A stretch of DNA of 39,713 bases from Pseudomonadota bacterium (GTDB taxonomy: Bacteria > Bdellovibrionota_B > Oligoflexia > Oligoflexales > CAIYRB01). The position numbers and the translations under genes are program-made. The stretch spans positions 1 to 39,713 of the forward strand of contig JANOTL010000187.1 in the NCBI GenBank assembly GCA_031416315.1, written 5' to 3'. Below, in pieces: positions 29,689 through 39,262 of this stretch (position 1 is the stretch's first letter; the number at the start of each line of letters is the position of its first letter). Below the pieces are notes generated by a model. It was not told the origin of the DNA. It made no database searches and worked only from the letters and a program-made list of their open reading frames with translations.

Positions 29689-32080
29689 GCTGCACGGCCC
29701 CAGGCGCGACGATGGCACGCAGGCGCGGCGTGAGCACCGGCGTCATGCCGAGGCCCGCGTGCGCCAGCGCTTCGTCCATGGTCCGCACTTCGACGATCTC
29801 GAGATCCTTCAAGATTTCCTTCGGCACGGTGGCGAGGTCGGCGTGGTTCGCCGCCGGGATGATCACCTTCTTCTTGCCGTAGCGGTGCGCGGCAAGGAGC
29901 TTCTCCTTCAAGCCGCCGATGCCCAGGACCTGGCCGCGCAGCGTGATCTCGCCCGTCATGGCGAGCTTCGCCGACAGGGGCTTATTGGCGAGGAGGCCGG
30001 CGATGGCGCACATGATGGCGAGGCCGGCCGAGGGGCCGTCCTTCGGCGTGGCGCCGTCGGGAAAATGCACGTGGATCGAGCTGCCGTTGATGCGCGCGGC
30101 GTCGAAGCCCAAGGTCTCGGGGCGAGTCTCCGCCATCGAGGTGAGCCAGGCGAGGACGGCCTGCACGCTTTCACGCATGACCTTGCCGAGGCTGCCGGTC
30201 AGGGCGAGGCGATGCTTTCCGTCCGAGATGGTGCGCATCGTCTCGATGTAGAGGATGTCGCCGCCGACGGCGGTGTAGGCCAGGCCGATGGCGACGCCCG
30301 GGATGAGCTGCGCGTCGTTCGGCTCTTCCTGGAAGCGCGGCGGGCCGAGGAGGCGCGGCAAGGCTTCCACCGTGACGCGCTCGGGCTTCTTGCCCTCGAC
30401 GCGCGCCTTGATGTTCTTGCGGGCGATCGTCGTCAGGTCGCGCTTCAGCTGCCGGACGCCAGCTTCACGGGTGTATTGGCGGATGATGGCGGCCAGGGGC
30501 TTCGCGGTGATGTTGAGATCCGAGGCCTTGAGCTTCATCTCGCGGCGGATGTCGGGAAGGAGGTGGCGCGAGGCGACCTCGAGCTTCTCCGCTTCGGTGT
30601 AGCTCGAGAGCTCGATCACCTCGAGACGGTCGAGCAAAGGCTTAGGCAGGGTCGCGGTGGTGTTCGCGGTGCCGATGAAGATGACGTCGGAGAGGTCGTA
30701 AGGGACGCCGAGATAATGGTCGACGAAGTGACGGTTCTGCTCGAAGTCGAGGACTTCAAGGAGGGCGCTGGCGGTGACGCTGCGGCCCTGGTCCAAGCCG
30801 ATCTTGTCAATCTCGTCGAGGAGGATGACCGGCGCGCGCGTGCGCGCGTCCTTCATCGCCTGGATGAGCTTCCCGGGCATCGAGCCGATGTAAGTCCGGC
30901 GGTGGCCGCGGATCTCGGCTTCGTCCTTGACGCCGCCGAGCGAGACTTGCACGAAGGGGCGGCCCAAGGCTTTCGCGATCGAGCGCGCGAGCGAGGTCTT
31001 GCCGACGCCGGGAGGCCCGGCGAAGAGGAGGATCTCGCCGCGGGTGCGGCCGCCGTGGCGCATGACGGCGAGGTACTCGAGGATGCGCTCTTTGACGTCG
31101 ACAAGCGCGTAGTGGTCGCGGTCGAGGAGCCTGCGCGCCTCGGCCAAGGGCGGCGGCGGCGGCAGGTTGACCGGACCCCAGGGAAGATCCCGGATCCACG
31201 TCACGTACGTGTAGGACACCATGTACTCGGCCGAGCCGGCCGGCATGAGCTCCATCCGGTCCAACTCGCGCTCGACGGCGTCGCGCACGGCCGGCGGCAG
31301 GTCGAGCTTGTCGATCTCCTCGTAGAGGCGGTCGATCTCGTCGCGCTCGGACTCGCCTTCGCCCAGCTCCTTGCGCAATATGCGGAGCTGCTCTTCCAGG
31401 AGCTGACGGCGGTCGGTGTCGGCCAGGCGCAAGGTCGCGCGCGACTTCACGTCGGCGGCGAGCTTTTGCACCTCGTTCTCCTTCAGCGCGGCGCGCAGGA
31501 GGAGCTTGAGGCGGCGGGTGGCGTCACGCTCGGAGAGCAGCGTGATCTTCTCCTCGAAGGAGAGACCGGCGGCGGCGGCGACCAGATCGGCCAAGCGCGA
31601 CGGGTCGCGCAGGGCCTTCAGTCGCACGTGAAATTCCTGGGACACGTTCGGGTTGGCGCGGGCGACGACGAGCGCGGCATCCTGGACGCTGCGCACGAGC
31701 GCTTGCAGACCTTTCCCGGCGGAGAGCTTGGCCTCCGGCAGCGGCGTGACCATGCCGAACACGTGGCGGCCGCGGTTTTTGCGGGAGAGGATCTTCACGC
31801 GACGGATGCCGCGGACGACGAGACCGTCGTCGCCGTCGGGAAGGCGCAGGGCGTCGGCGAGCTCGGCTTGGGTGCCGAACTCGAAGAGCCGCAACTCGGG
31901 CGCCTCGTCCTCGCGCGAGAGCGATGGCACGACGCACACGGAGAGCGTGCCGGCGCGCACACGCGCGAGCGTCGCGGCCGGCAACGAGCCGAGCCCTCGC
32001 AGGGTCAAGGTCTGCCCGGGAAGGAGCACCTCGCCTCGAATGGGTATCAGCAGTAGGACTTGGGGTTCGGTGGTCGCCAT
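29675..32080 (-). CDS. lon: ATP-dependent protease La
   Basis: GPPGVGKTS, EIRGHRRTYIG, LLDEIDK, PKDGPSAG (catalytic Ser), IGGLKEK (catalytic Lys). Confidence 0.95.
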   Translation of the reverse strand: MATTEPQVLLLIPIRGEVLLPGQTLTLRGLGSLPAATLARVRAGTLSVCVVPSLSREDEAPELRLFEFGTQAELADALRLPDGDDGLVVRGIRRVKILSRKNRGRHVFGMVTPLPEAKLSAGKGLQALVRSVQDAALVVARANPNVSQEFHVRLKALRDPSRLADLVAAAAGLSFEEKITLLSERDATRRLKLLLRAALKENEVQKLAADVKSRATLRLADTDRRQLLEEQLRILRKELGEGESERDEIDRLYEEIDKLDLPPAVRDAVERELDRMELMPAGSAEYMVSYTYVTWIRDLPWGPVNLPPPPPLAEARRLLDRDHYALVDVKERILEYLAVMRHGGRTRGEILLFAGPPGVGKTSLARSIAKALGRPFVQVSLGGVKDEAEIRGHRRTYIGSMPGKLIQAMKDARTRAPVILLDEIDKIGLDQGRSVTASALLEVLDFEQNRHFVDHYLGVPYDLSDVIFIGTANTTATLPKPLLDRLEVIELSSYTEAEKLEVASRHLLPDIRREMKLKASDLNITAKPLAAIIRQYTREAGVRQLKRDLTTIARKNIKARVEGKKPERVTVEALPRLLGPPRFQEEPNDAQLIPGVAIGLAYTAVGGDILYIETMRTISDGKHRLALTGSLGKVMRESVQAVLAWLTSMAETRPETLGFDAARINGSSIHVHFPDGATPKDGPSAGLAIMCAIAGLLANKPLSAKLAMTGEITLRGQVLGIGGLKEKLLAAHRYGKKKVIIPAANHADLATVPKEILKDLEIVEVRTMDEALAHAGLGMTPVLTPRLRAIVAPGAVQHGVH

Positions 32081-32170
32081 GAGCCGGCATCATTGAGCAG
32101 CGGCAACCCGCCGTCAAGGACGCTCTATCTTCATGGAACCATTACAGATTGATGCCGATCGCGGTCCGGC

Positions 32171-33409
32171 TCAAAGGAGATCTTTGGAAAGCTCGAGGAC
32201 TTTGGCGAGGACGCGCTTCCGCGCCGCTCTCACCTGCGACTGCTTGTAACGCCCATGAGCGGCGGCCCCGGCGCTCGCCTGCTTGAACGAGTCGTAGTCC
32301 ATGATCTGGATCTCAAAGGGGAAAAACGCGCTGATCCGCCGGTTGTCGCGTACCGAGTGCCAGTGCGAGACGAGGCTTCCGAGCTCCGAGAGCGCCCGCG
32401 CCGTATCGGCCGGCAGGGTCTTCGTGTCGATGTTCTTCACTTTGTCGAGCCAGGAAAGCTGGTCGTTCGGAACCGTGACGAGGTGGCGGCCGGTCAGCTG
32501 GATCGAGTGATACGTGGCGGCCGAGTGCAGGTTGTCCCGAGCGGCGGTCGCAACCTGCGGGGCGGAAAGACGGGCGACCATCGACTCGAACTCCTCCGGC
32601 GTGATCGAGCCGGCGGTGAGCATGTCGCGCAGGGTCTCGACCTGCTGCTTGAAGCGCGCCACGTCGATCAGGTTGTTGCGGGCGCGCGCGGGGATGCAGT
32701 TCGGATAGGAGACGACGTGGAACTCCCGGAGAAACTTCACGACCATCATCACGTCGCAGAGGCGCGTGGTGACGATGCGGACGCCCAGGTAGTCGAAGAT
32801 CGTCTCGGCGACGTTGTCGCGTTTGTGAAGGAGCTTCAGGATGATGGAGTTGCGGGTCTTCTGCTCTTTCCATTCGACGCGGTCGAGGCGCACCTTGCTC
32901 TCGCGGTCGCCGAACCAGAGCTGGCGGGAGCCGTCGCGGAAAATGAAGTGGGAGAATCGCGCCATGATCTGTTGGCGCGCGGCGCCGACGCTGACGTAGC
33001 GGTTCACGCCCTCGATGTGCGCGATCGTGTGCATCACGCGGAGCATGGCGCACGACCAGGCGCGCTTCAAGCGATCGGCGGGTAAGCTGCCGCTGGCCCA
33101 AAGCAGGAGATCGCGCGGATCCTCGCAAGCTAGCAGGTCCGGCGGCGGTCGGATCCCGCGGCTCCACTCGCGCGGCGTGATGAGCTTCGCCTCGATGAAG
33201 GCCAAGGCCTCGACGAAGATGGCGTGCATGGTCCGGAGGTCGGCAGGATCTTCCGGGTCATAGCCGTAACAACGCAAAAAGTCCGTCGCCTCTTCGCGAG
33301 ACTGCACGCGCATCTCGGGCAGGTCGATCGACGACTCCCCGCCGATCAGGACGTCCATGACCGGCCAAGGAAACTTCCACATGTCGGCGAGCTGCGTCTT
33401 GTCGATCAT
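32171..33409 (-). CDS. TIGR04552-like protein, RelA/SpoT-type nucleotidyltransferase fold
   Basis: KTRNSIILKLLHK, IFDYLGVRIV, YHSIQLT, FFPFEIQIMD, HGRYK. Confidence 0.75.
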   Translation of the reverse strand: MIDKTQLADMWKFPWPVMDVLIGGESSIDLPEMRVQSREEATDFLRCYGYDPEDPADLRTMHAIFVEALAFIEAKLITPREWSRGIRPPPDLLACEDPRDLLLWASGSLPADRLKRAWSCAMLRVMHTIAHIEGVNRYVSVGAARQQIMARFSHFIFRDGSRQLWFGDRESKVRLDRVEWKEQKTRNSIILKLLHKRDNVAETIFDYLGVRIVTTRLCDVMMVVKFLREFHVVSYPNCIPARARNNLIDVARFKQQVETLRDMLTAGSITPEEFESMVARLSAPQVATAARDNLHSAATYHSIQLTGRHLVTVPNDQLSWLDKVKNIDTKTLPADTARALSELGSLVSHWHSVRDNRRISAFFPFEIQIMDYDSFKQASAGAAAHGRYKQSQVRAARKRVLAKVLELSKDLL

Positions 33410-33414
33410 CGGGC

Positions 33415-33421
33415 TATACTA
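33415..33421. promoter_or_regulatory. Bidirectional -10 element serving two apparently leaderless genes
   Basis: TATACT (+, 33415-33420) 6 nt before ATG 33427; TAGTAT (-, 33416-33421) 6 nt before ATG 33409. Confidence 0.65.
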
Positions 33422-33426
33422 TCAGA

Positions 33427-34002
33427 ATGAAGACCTTATCAGCGCTAGTGATTGCGACCTCGCTATTCGGGCTCGAGCCCTCTGCCATGGCCGAGGACAA
33501 GCCCACGGCGAAAGGGGCTCCGGCGGAGACGACCGCCCCCGCCGCCGAGAGCGTCGGACCGACGAGCCGCTACGTGCACAAATGGCTGCCGCTGCCGAAG
33601 CTCGCGGGCGCGCCGCTGCCTGCGGCCGACGGCTTGGCGACCATCGAGTCGAAGCCCGGCCGCGCGACGATCGTCATCTTCATCGCCTCGTGGTGCGAGC
33701 CGTGCCAACAGCTCGTGCCGGAGCTGCGGAAGATCGAACAACGTTACAAGCGCCTGGACGCGGACTTCCACTACGTCTTCGCGCACGACACGCTGGACGA
33801 TGCGACCGGCTTCATGCGCGAGTTCGGCATCGACCGCGGCTTGCTCGCGAATCATGAGATTCTCAAGGCCTATCACAACCCCGATTTGCCGACGATTTAC
33901 GTGGGCGACCGCTTCGGTTGGATGATGAGCCGCTACCTGAAAGCCACCGCGGGATCGCTGAGCGAGCTCGATGACTCGCTCAAGTACCTCACCGCTTACT
34001 GA
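33427..34002 (+). CDS. TlpA-like thioredoxin-fold protein
   Basis: Signal peptide; [15 protein letters not shown] (cis-Pro loop). Confidence 0.85.
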   Translation: MKTLSALVIATSLFGLEPSAMAEDKPTAKGAPAETTAPAAESVGPTSRYVHKWLPLPKLAGAPLPAADGLATIESKPGRATIVIFIASWCEPCQQLVPELRKIEQRYKRLDADFHYVFAHDTLDDATGFMREFGIDRGLLANHEILKAYHNPDLPTIYVGDRFGWMMSRYLKATAGSLSELDDSLKYLTAY

Positions 34003-35905
34003 CAAGAGGCGCGATCTCGGCGTCTTTGCGCTGAGCTTCGTCTTGCCTTTGGCCTGCGTCGCAGCTTGCCTCGATCAGCTCGGCGCGTTCGTCATCGACG
34101 ACGCGTACATCTCGTTCCGCTATGCGCGCAACTTGGTCGAAGGACACGGGCTCGTCTATAACGCGGGCGAGCGGGTCGAGGGATACACGAACTTCCTATG
34201 GACGATGCTCCTGGCGCTGGTGATCAAGCTCGGCGGCGACGCGGTGATCTGGTCCAAAGCACTCGGCGCGGCTTCGATCGGCGGGGTGATGGCCCTATCG
34301 CTCGTGGCGGCGCGCCGCTTCGAGAAGGGCGGCGTCTCTTTACCCGCCTTTTCACCCTGGCTCGTCGCGAGCGGGGTGAGCTTCCAGGCGCATGCAACGC
34401 TCGGCTTGGAAGGGGGACTTTTTGCATTCCTGCTTTTGGCGGGCGTCCTCTTGCTCGACCAAAGGAGCCCGTGGTTCGGCGTGGCGTTCGGACTGGCGGC
34501 GTTGTGCCGCCCGGAAGGCCCGGCTTTCGCGGCCGTCGCGATCGTCTTGAATTTGCGGCGCGGGGACGTGCGGCGCGTGGCGAGCGGTGCCGCCGTCTTC
34601 GCTCTGATTTTCGGCGCCTACCTGCTTTGGCGGCATTCGTATTATGGGCACTGGCTGCCGAACACGCTCGCTGCGAAAACCGGAGACGTGTCCACACAAT
34701 TTTCCAGTGGTTTTAAGTACATAACTGACTTCGCCGCCACCAGCGGCGTAGCCTTGGGCTTGAGCGTCGCGGGCGTCGGCCTCGCGCTGTGGGACCGGGG
34801 CAAAGGCTCGCGGCTGGCTCTGACCTGCGCCGGCTTCGTTGGCTTGAACCTGGCCTACGTCCTGGTTCTCGGCGCGGACTGGATGCCAGGGTTTCGCTAT
34901 CTGATGCCGCTCGAGCCGTTCGCATACCTGCTCGTCGATTTCGCGCTGCGTCGCGTGCTGGCTTGGCGCGTGCGGACGGTGGCGTACGCCTTGGCGGCGC
35001 TCCTCGCCTTCGGCTTCTGGCAGCGGGCGGTGCAGGCGAAGACGTCGATCCGTCGGATGCAGGACGAGAGCGCGAGCTGGCGCGAGCACGCCGGGACCTT
35101 CGCCAGCTGGATGGCCGTGCATGCGGCGCCTGACGGCGAGATCGCCCTGGGCGACATCGGCGAGGTGGGCTGGGTGACGCGGCAACCGATCTACGACCTG
35201 CTGGGGCTGGTGACGCCGGCCGTCGGGAAGCTGCCGGGAGGATACGGCGGAAAAGACGGGAAGCTGCTCGCCGCGGCGTTCTACGCGCGGAAGCCGGAGT
35301 ATCTGGTCACCATCGGCAACTGCAAGACCTCCCACTTTCACGTGATGCGCGTGATGATGCAGGACCCGCGGTTCGCCGCCGAGTACGAGTTCCTGCACAA
35401 CGTGAGGCTCGGACGGAACAATGGGTGGTGCACGTTCCAGCGCTCGCATCCGGAAAAGAAGCGCGGCGTGCGGACGGTCCTGGACTTCGAGAGCACGGCC
35501 GGCTGGACGCGGACGGGCTCAGCGTTCGCCGAGGCCTCGGGGGAGGCGGAGCGCCGGAATCAGCAGCGGGTGATCGGCAACACGGGCAAGTTCGCCAACT
35601 CGTTCGCAACGGGCGGGGGCGACCTTCCGGTCGGGACTCTGGAGTCGCCGCCGTTCACGCTCGACGCGGACGCGATGCGACTACGCGTCGGCGGCGGCAT
35701 GGGGCTGGCGACGCGCGTCGAGTTGCGTGTGGACGATGAGGCGGTGTTCGTGGCGTTCGGCGACGAGACCGAGGATCTGCGGCCGGTGACGTGGGACTTG
35801 CGAGGGCTGCGTGGGAAGATGGCGGTTTTGCGGGTGGTGGACGAGGCGGCCGGGGCGTGGGGGCATGTGATGGTGGATGAGGTCGGGGTTTTTGATTGGG
35901 AATAG
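33971..35905 (+). CDS. GT-C-type polytopic glycosyltransferase with C-terminal beta-sandwich domain
   Basis: [54 protein letters not shown]; many TM helices; start uncertain. Confidence 0.78.
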   Translation: MTRSSTSPLTDKRRDLGVFALSFVLPLACVAACLDQLGAFVIDDAYISFRYARNLVEGHGLVYNAGERVEGYTNFLWTMLLALVIKLGGDAVIWSKALGAASIGGVMALSLVAARRFEKGGVSLPAFSPWLVASGVSFQAHATLGLEGGLFAFLLLAGVLLLDQRSPWFGVAFGLAALCRPEGPAFAAVAIVLNLRRGDVRRVASGAAVFALIFGAYLLWRHSYYGHWLPNTLAAKTGDVSTQFSSGFKYITDFAATSGVALGLSVAGVGLALWDRGKGSRLALTCAGFVGLNLAYVLVLGADWMPGFRYLMPLEPFAYLLVDFALRRVLAWRVRTVAYALAALLAFGFWQRAVQAKTSIRRMQDESASWREHAGTFASWMAVHAAPDGEIALGDIGEVGWVTRQPIYDLLGLVTPAVGKLPGGYGGKDGKLLAAAFYARKPEYLVTIGNCKTSHFHVMRVMMQDPRFAAEYEFLHNVRLGRNNGWCTFQRSHPEKKRGVRTVLDFESTAGWTRTGSAFAEASGEAERRNQQRVIGNTGKFANSFATGGGDLPVGTLESPPFTLDADAMRLRVGGGMGLATRVELRVDDEAVFVAFGDETEDLRPVTWDLRGLRGKMAVLRVVDEAAGAWGHVMVDEVGVFDWE

Positions 35906-35918
35906 GGGAGAAGGCCGA

Positions 35919-37418
35919 CTAAGCCGCCTTCTTGAAGTTCTGCGTCTCCTCGATCGACGCGAGCGCCAGACGCAGGCTTTCCGCGAGCATGACGCGCTGC
36001 GCCTCGCTCGTGACGCCGTCCTTGAAGACGATCGGCGCGAGCTCGAAGCCGCCTTCGCGGCGGAGGAAGTGCGTCTTCACCCGATGCTCGCGCAGGGCGG
36101 TGAGCCTCCAGGAGCGCACCGGGAAGGAGATGCCTTTGACGAGGAGCTCGCCGTTGTCCTCGACCTCGACCATGTCTTTTACCAGCATGTAGGTCTCGTG
36201 GCTGATGAGCACCGTGTCCGGATCGGCGGCGTTCTCGAGGCGCGAGGCGAGGTTCACGATCGAGCCGATGGCGGTGTAATCCATCTTGTACTCGGAGCCG
36301 AAGTTGCCGACCGTGCAATAGCCGGTGCTGATCCCCATGCGCACGTGCAGGGGGCGGGCCTGGCCCTGCTCCGCCCAGATGGCGCGCAAGTCGACCAGGC
36401 GCTCGCGCATGTCGATCGCCATGCGGATGCAGCGGCTCGCGTGGTCGGCGTCGTTCGTGGCTTCGGGCGCGCCGAAGAAGACCATGATGGCGTCGCCCAC
36501 GTACTTGTCGATGGTGCCGCCGTACTGGATGGCGATCTTCGACATCTCGGCAAGGTAGGTGTTGAGGAGCGTGGCGAGGTCCTCGGCCTCGAGTTGGTCG
36601 GTCGTCTCGGTGAAGCCTTTGACGTCGCTGAAAAAGACGGTGAGCTTGACGCGGCGCTGCGAGCCGATGTCTTTGCGGCCGCCGACGATCTGCGAGTAGA
36701 GCTGCGGCGGCAGGTACTTTTTCGTCTGGTTGACGAGAGTCTCGATATGGCTCGTGCGCTGCCTCACGAGCGTCTCCAGCGACCGGTTGGCACTGCGTAA
36801 GGTTACGATGTAGACGGCGGCGATCATGCCCACGAGGATGACGAAGAAGAGCGCGGTGCCGAGCGCTTTGAACAAGGCGCGCCGAGTTTTCTCGAGGACG
36901 ATCGTCATCGACATGTCGGCGCCGACGACGAAGACGCGGCCCGAGGGCGAGCGCATCGGCAAGAGCGCGGAGCGGAAGCTGCCCCATTTGTCGGTCGCCT
37001 CCTCGTAGAAGGGCTTCATGGTGCTGAAGCTCTTCTTCAAGGCGGGGGTGGCCTCGTCGTACGGCTTGAAGAGGCCGTCGCGCGTGACTTCGTCGACGGC
37101 GGCGTCGGCGGCGAAGGCGATGCGGCCTTCGTCCTGCACGAACGTGTAGAGGTAGGTCACGCCGAGCGCGTTGGCGACGCCGTGGAGCCGCGAGGCGACC
37201 TTCACCTGTTCGTCGCGCGGGGACTTGCGCAGAGCGTCGAGGCGGTCATGGTAGTCGCGGCCGAGGACAGCGACGGCGCCCTGGGCCGCGGCGCGCAGGC
37301 GCTCGTCGATGGCGGCGATCTGCTCCGCGCGCTCGGTCCGGTAGCAGTCATACGAATACCCCGCCACGCCGGCGAGGTAGGTGAAGAGCGTCAAGACAAG
37401 GAGGAGATTGCGGGGCAT
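35919..37418 (-). CDS. Membrane-bound class III adenylate cyclase with extracytoplasmic sensor
   Basis: Two TMs flanking a Cache-like region; FSDVKGFT, DKYVGDA, GNFG..DYTAIG..VNLASRLE. Confidence 0.9.
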   Translation of the reverse strand: MPRNLLLVLTLFTYLAGVAGYSYDCYRTERAEQIAAIDERLRAAAQGAVAVLGRDYHDRLDALRKSPRDEQVKVASRLHGVANALGVTYLYTFVQDEGRIAFAADAAVDEVTRDGLFKPYDEATPALKKSFSTMKPFYEEATDKWGSFRSALLPMRSPSGRVFVVGADMSMTIVLEKTRRALFKALGTALFFVILVGMIAAVYIVTLRSANRSLETLVRQRTSHIETLVNQTKKYLPPQLYSQIVGGRKDIGSQRRVKLTVFFSDVKGFTETTDQLEAEDLATLLNTYLAEMSKIAIQYGGTIDKYVGDAIMVFFGAPEATNDADHASRCIRMAIDMRERLVDLRAIWAEQGQARPLHVRMGISTGYCTVGNFGSEYKMDYTAIGSIVNLASRLENAADPDTVLISHETYMLVKDMVEVEDNGELLVKGISFPVRSWRLTALREHRVKTHFLRREGGFELAPIVFKDGVTSEAQRVMLAESLRLALASIEETQNFKKAA

Positions 37419-37461
37419 CGCCCCGTATCTCGGACGATTTCTCCGCGGCCTTAAGCGACCG

Positions 37462-37791
37462 TCACTCGATGGCGGAGGTCGAGGCGACCATCTCAGGGTG
37501 CCAGCGCAGACGGACCTTGATGAAGTCGTGCTCGGCCGGGTCGCGGCCGCCGGTGATCCCCGAGATCGTCGGCGCCTTCGAGCCGCCGTCGATTTGGAGC
37601 TCGCCGAAATCGAGGGTGTTCGAGCCCTTCTTCTGCGTCGCTTCGCCCGACAGATACTTCGGGCGCGCCTTCTCGGCCTTCATGGGCGAGCGCTTCATCT
37701 TCCGCACCAGCTCCGTCGAGTCCTCGGCATGGGCAAACGAAAACGCAGCGGAAAACATCGCGAAAAGGGCGATGATGGCGTGCTTTACCAT
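37462..37791 (-). CDS. Small secreted CglF/GltF-like protein
   Basis: AGGAG RBS; signal peptide (AHA); KK..TLDF....IDG...P...FIKVRLRWHPEMVAS. Confidence 0.65.
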   Translation of the reverse strand: MVKHAIIALFAMFSAAFSFAHAEDSTELVRKMKRSPMKAEKARPKYLSGEATQKKGSNTLDFGELQIDGGSKAPTISGITGGRDPAEHDFIKVRLRWHPEMVASTSAIE

Positions 37792-37837
37792 GGGTGGCTC
37801 CTTGCCTCCGATCGGTGATGACGGCGCGCGAATCTGC

Positions 37838-38167
37838 TTACTTGGTGTCGCCGGCGTCGAGCGCCGAGGCCGATTGCACCATCTCGGGGTGCCAACGCAG
37901 CCGGATCTTCACGAAGTCGTAGTTCTTGTCGGATTTGTTGCTGGAGATCGTGTCGCCCATCGGAAGCTTGCGACGACCACCGATGTCGGCCGAGTCGAGG
38001 TCGAGCTTCGTCTGGTCCTTCTTCAAGGTCCCCTCGCCGGAGAGCACGCGCTGGTAGCCGCCGCCCTTGCCGCCAGCGGCCTTGCGCTTCTTCTTGCCAT
38101 CGGCGAACGCCGGCGTGGCCATCGCGAGTACCAGGCCGATCAAAAGCGATTTGGTCAGAAACCTCAT
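37838..38167 (-). CDS. Small secreted CglF/GltF-like protein (paralog)
   Basis: Signal peptide (AFA); KK..TKLDL....IGG...P.G...FVKIRLRWHPEMVQSASAL. Confidence 0.65.
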   Translation of the reverse strand: MRFLTKSLLIGLVLAMATPAFADGKKKRKAAGGKGGGYQRVLSGEGTLKKDQTKLDLDSADIGGRRKLPMGDTISSNKSDKNYDFVKIRLRWHPEMVQSASALDAGDTK

Positions 38168-38296
38168 ACCGTCCCCTTTCACTCAGCACTTCGGGATCTT
38201 CTATCGGCATTTGCCGCAAAACCTTGAGCCCGCGGCAAAAGGACGGGGAAATTACTGCCGATTTTGGAGAAATCCGCCGCCCGCTAGACTGGGAGC

Positions 38297-39262
38297 ATGG
38301 GATCACGCCTCCTCACCCTTCCCGCCCTTCTCGTCGGCCTCGCCGGCCTCTTCCTTGCCCCGCGCGCGAGCGCCGTCGAGGTGAAGACCGTCGTTACGCC
38401 CTTCATCCGCGCGGGCGACGCATTGAACCACATGCGACTCGACGCAAAGGGACGCTTCGCCGCCTTCATCGACGGCTCGGGCCTAGGTCTAGGCGTGATC
38501 GACCTGAAGACGAAGTCGATCCACGAAGTCTCAAAGGGACAGATCGGCGCGTCCTTCTTCTGGTCGCCCGACGGCTTCAGGCTCTTCTACCGCGAGCTGG
38601 CGAAGGCGCCGGACGGCACCGTTTCGAGCACCTTGAAAGCCTTCGACGCTTATCTCGGGCGCAGCGTCACGCTGGAGAAGTTGGGATACGCGACGGGCTT
38701 CCTGACCTTCGATCCGCGCGACCTGCGCATGCACTTGATGAGCGCCTTCGGCATTCGCACGAAGCGCATCTACTTCCCGGACGAGCGGATGGCGCGTTGG
38801 CAAGTGGCGCAGCGCAACGAGAGCGGTAAGTGGCTCGCGACGCAGAAGAGCATGCTGTGGGTGACGCAAGGCGGCTATCAGCTGCGCAAGCTCGAAGACG
38901 ACGCCACCGGAGTCGACTCGTTCGACATCTCGCCCGACGGCAATGCCGCCGCCTGGGCGACCAAATCCGGGAAGATCTACGTCAGCAAGAAGGGGAAGGA
39001 GCCGAGCTTCCTCGCCCATGGCCGTGATCCACGCTGGCACCCGAAGAAGATGCAGCTGGTGTTCGCCGGCGCGCGCATGGTGGGCAATCGCGCCGCGAGC
39101 TACGACCTCAAGATCGGAGACCTCGACGGCACCGCCCGTTTCCTGACGAAGACCCAGATGAGCGACGAGCGCTGGCCGCAGTGGCATCCCGACGGCGATC
39201 AGATCCTCTACACCCTGGCGCGCACGACGGATCTGTTCGTGCTCGATTTCCAGGGCAACTGA
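38297..39262 (+). CDS. TolB-like (PD40) beta-propeller secreted protein
   Basis: Signal peptide; WSPDG, ISPDG, PRWHP, PQWHPDG blade motifs. Confidence 0.8.
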   Translation: MGSRLLTLPALLVGLAGLFLAPRASAVEVKTVVTPFIRAGDALNHMRLDAKGRFAAFIDGSGLGLGVIDLKTKSIHEVSKGQIGASFFWSPDGFRLFYRELAKAPDGTVSSTLKAFDAYLGRSVTLEKLGYATGFLTFDPRDLRMHLMSAFGIRTKRIYFPDERMARWQVAQRNESGKWLATQKSMLWVTQGGYQLRKLEDDATGVDSFDISPDGNAAAWATKSGKIYVSKKGKEPSFLAHGRDPRWHPKKMQLVFAGARMVGNRAASYDLKIGDLDGTARFLTKTQMSDERWPQWHPDGDQILYTLARTTDLFVLDFQGN

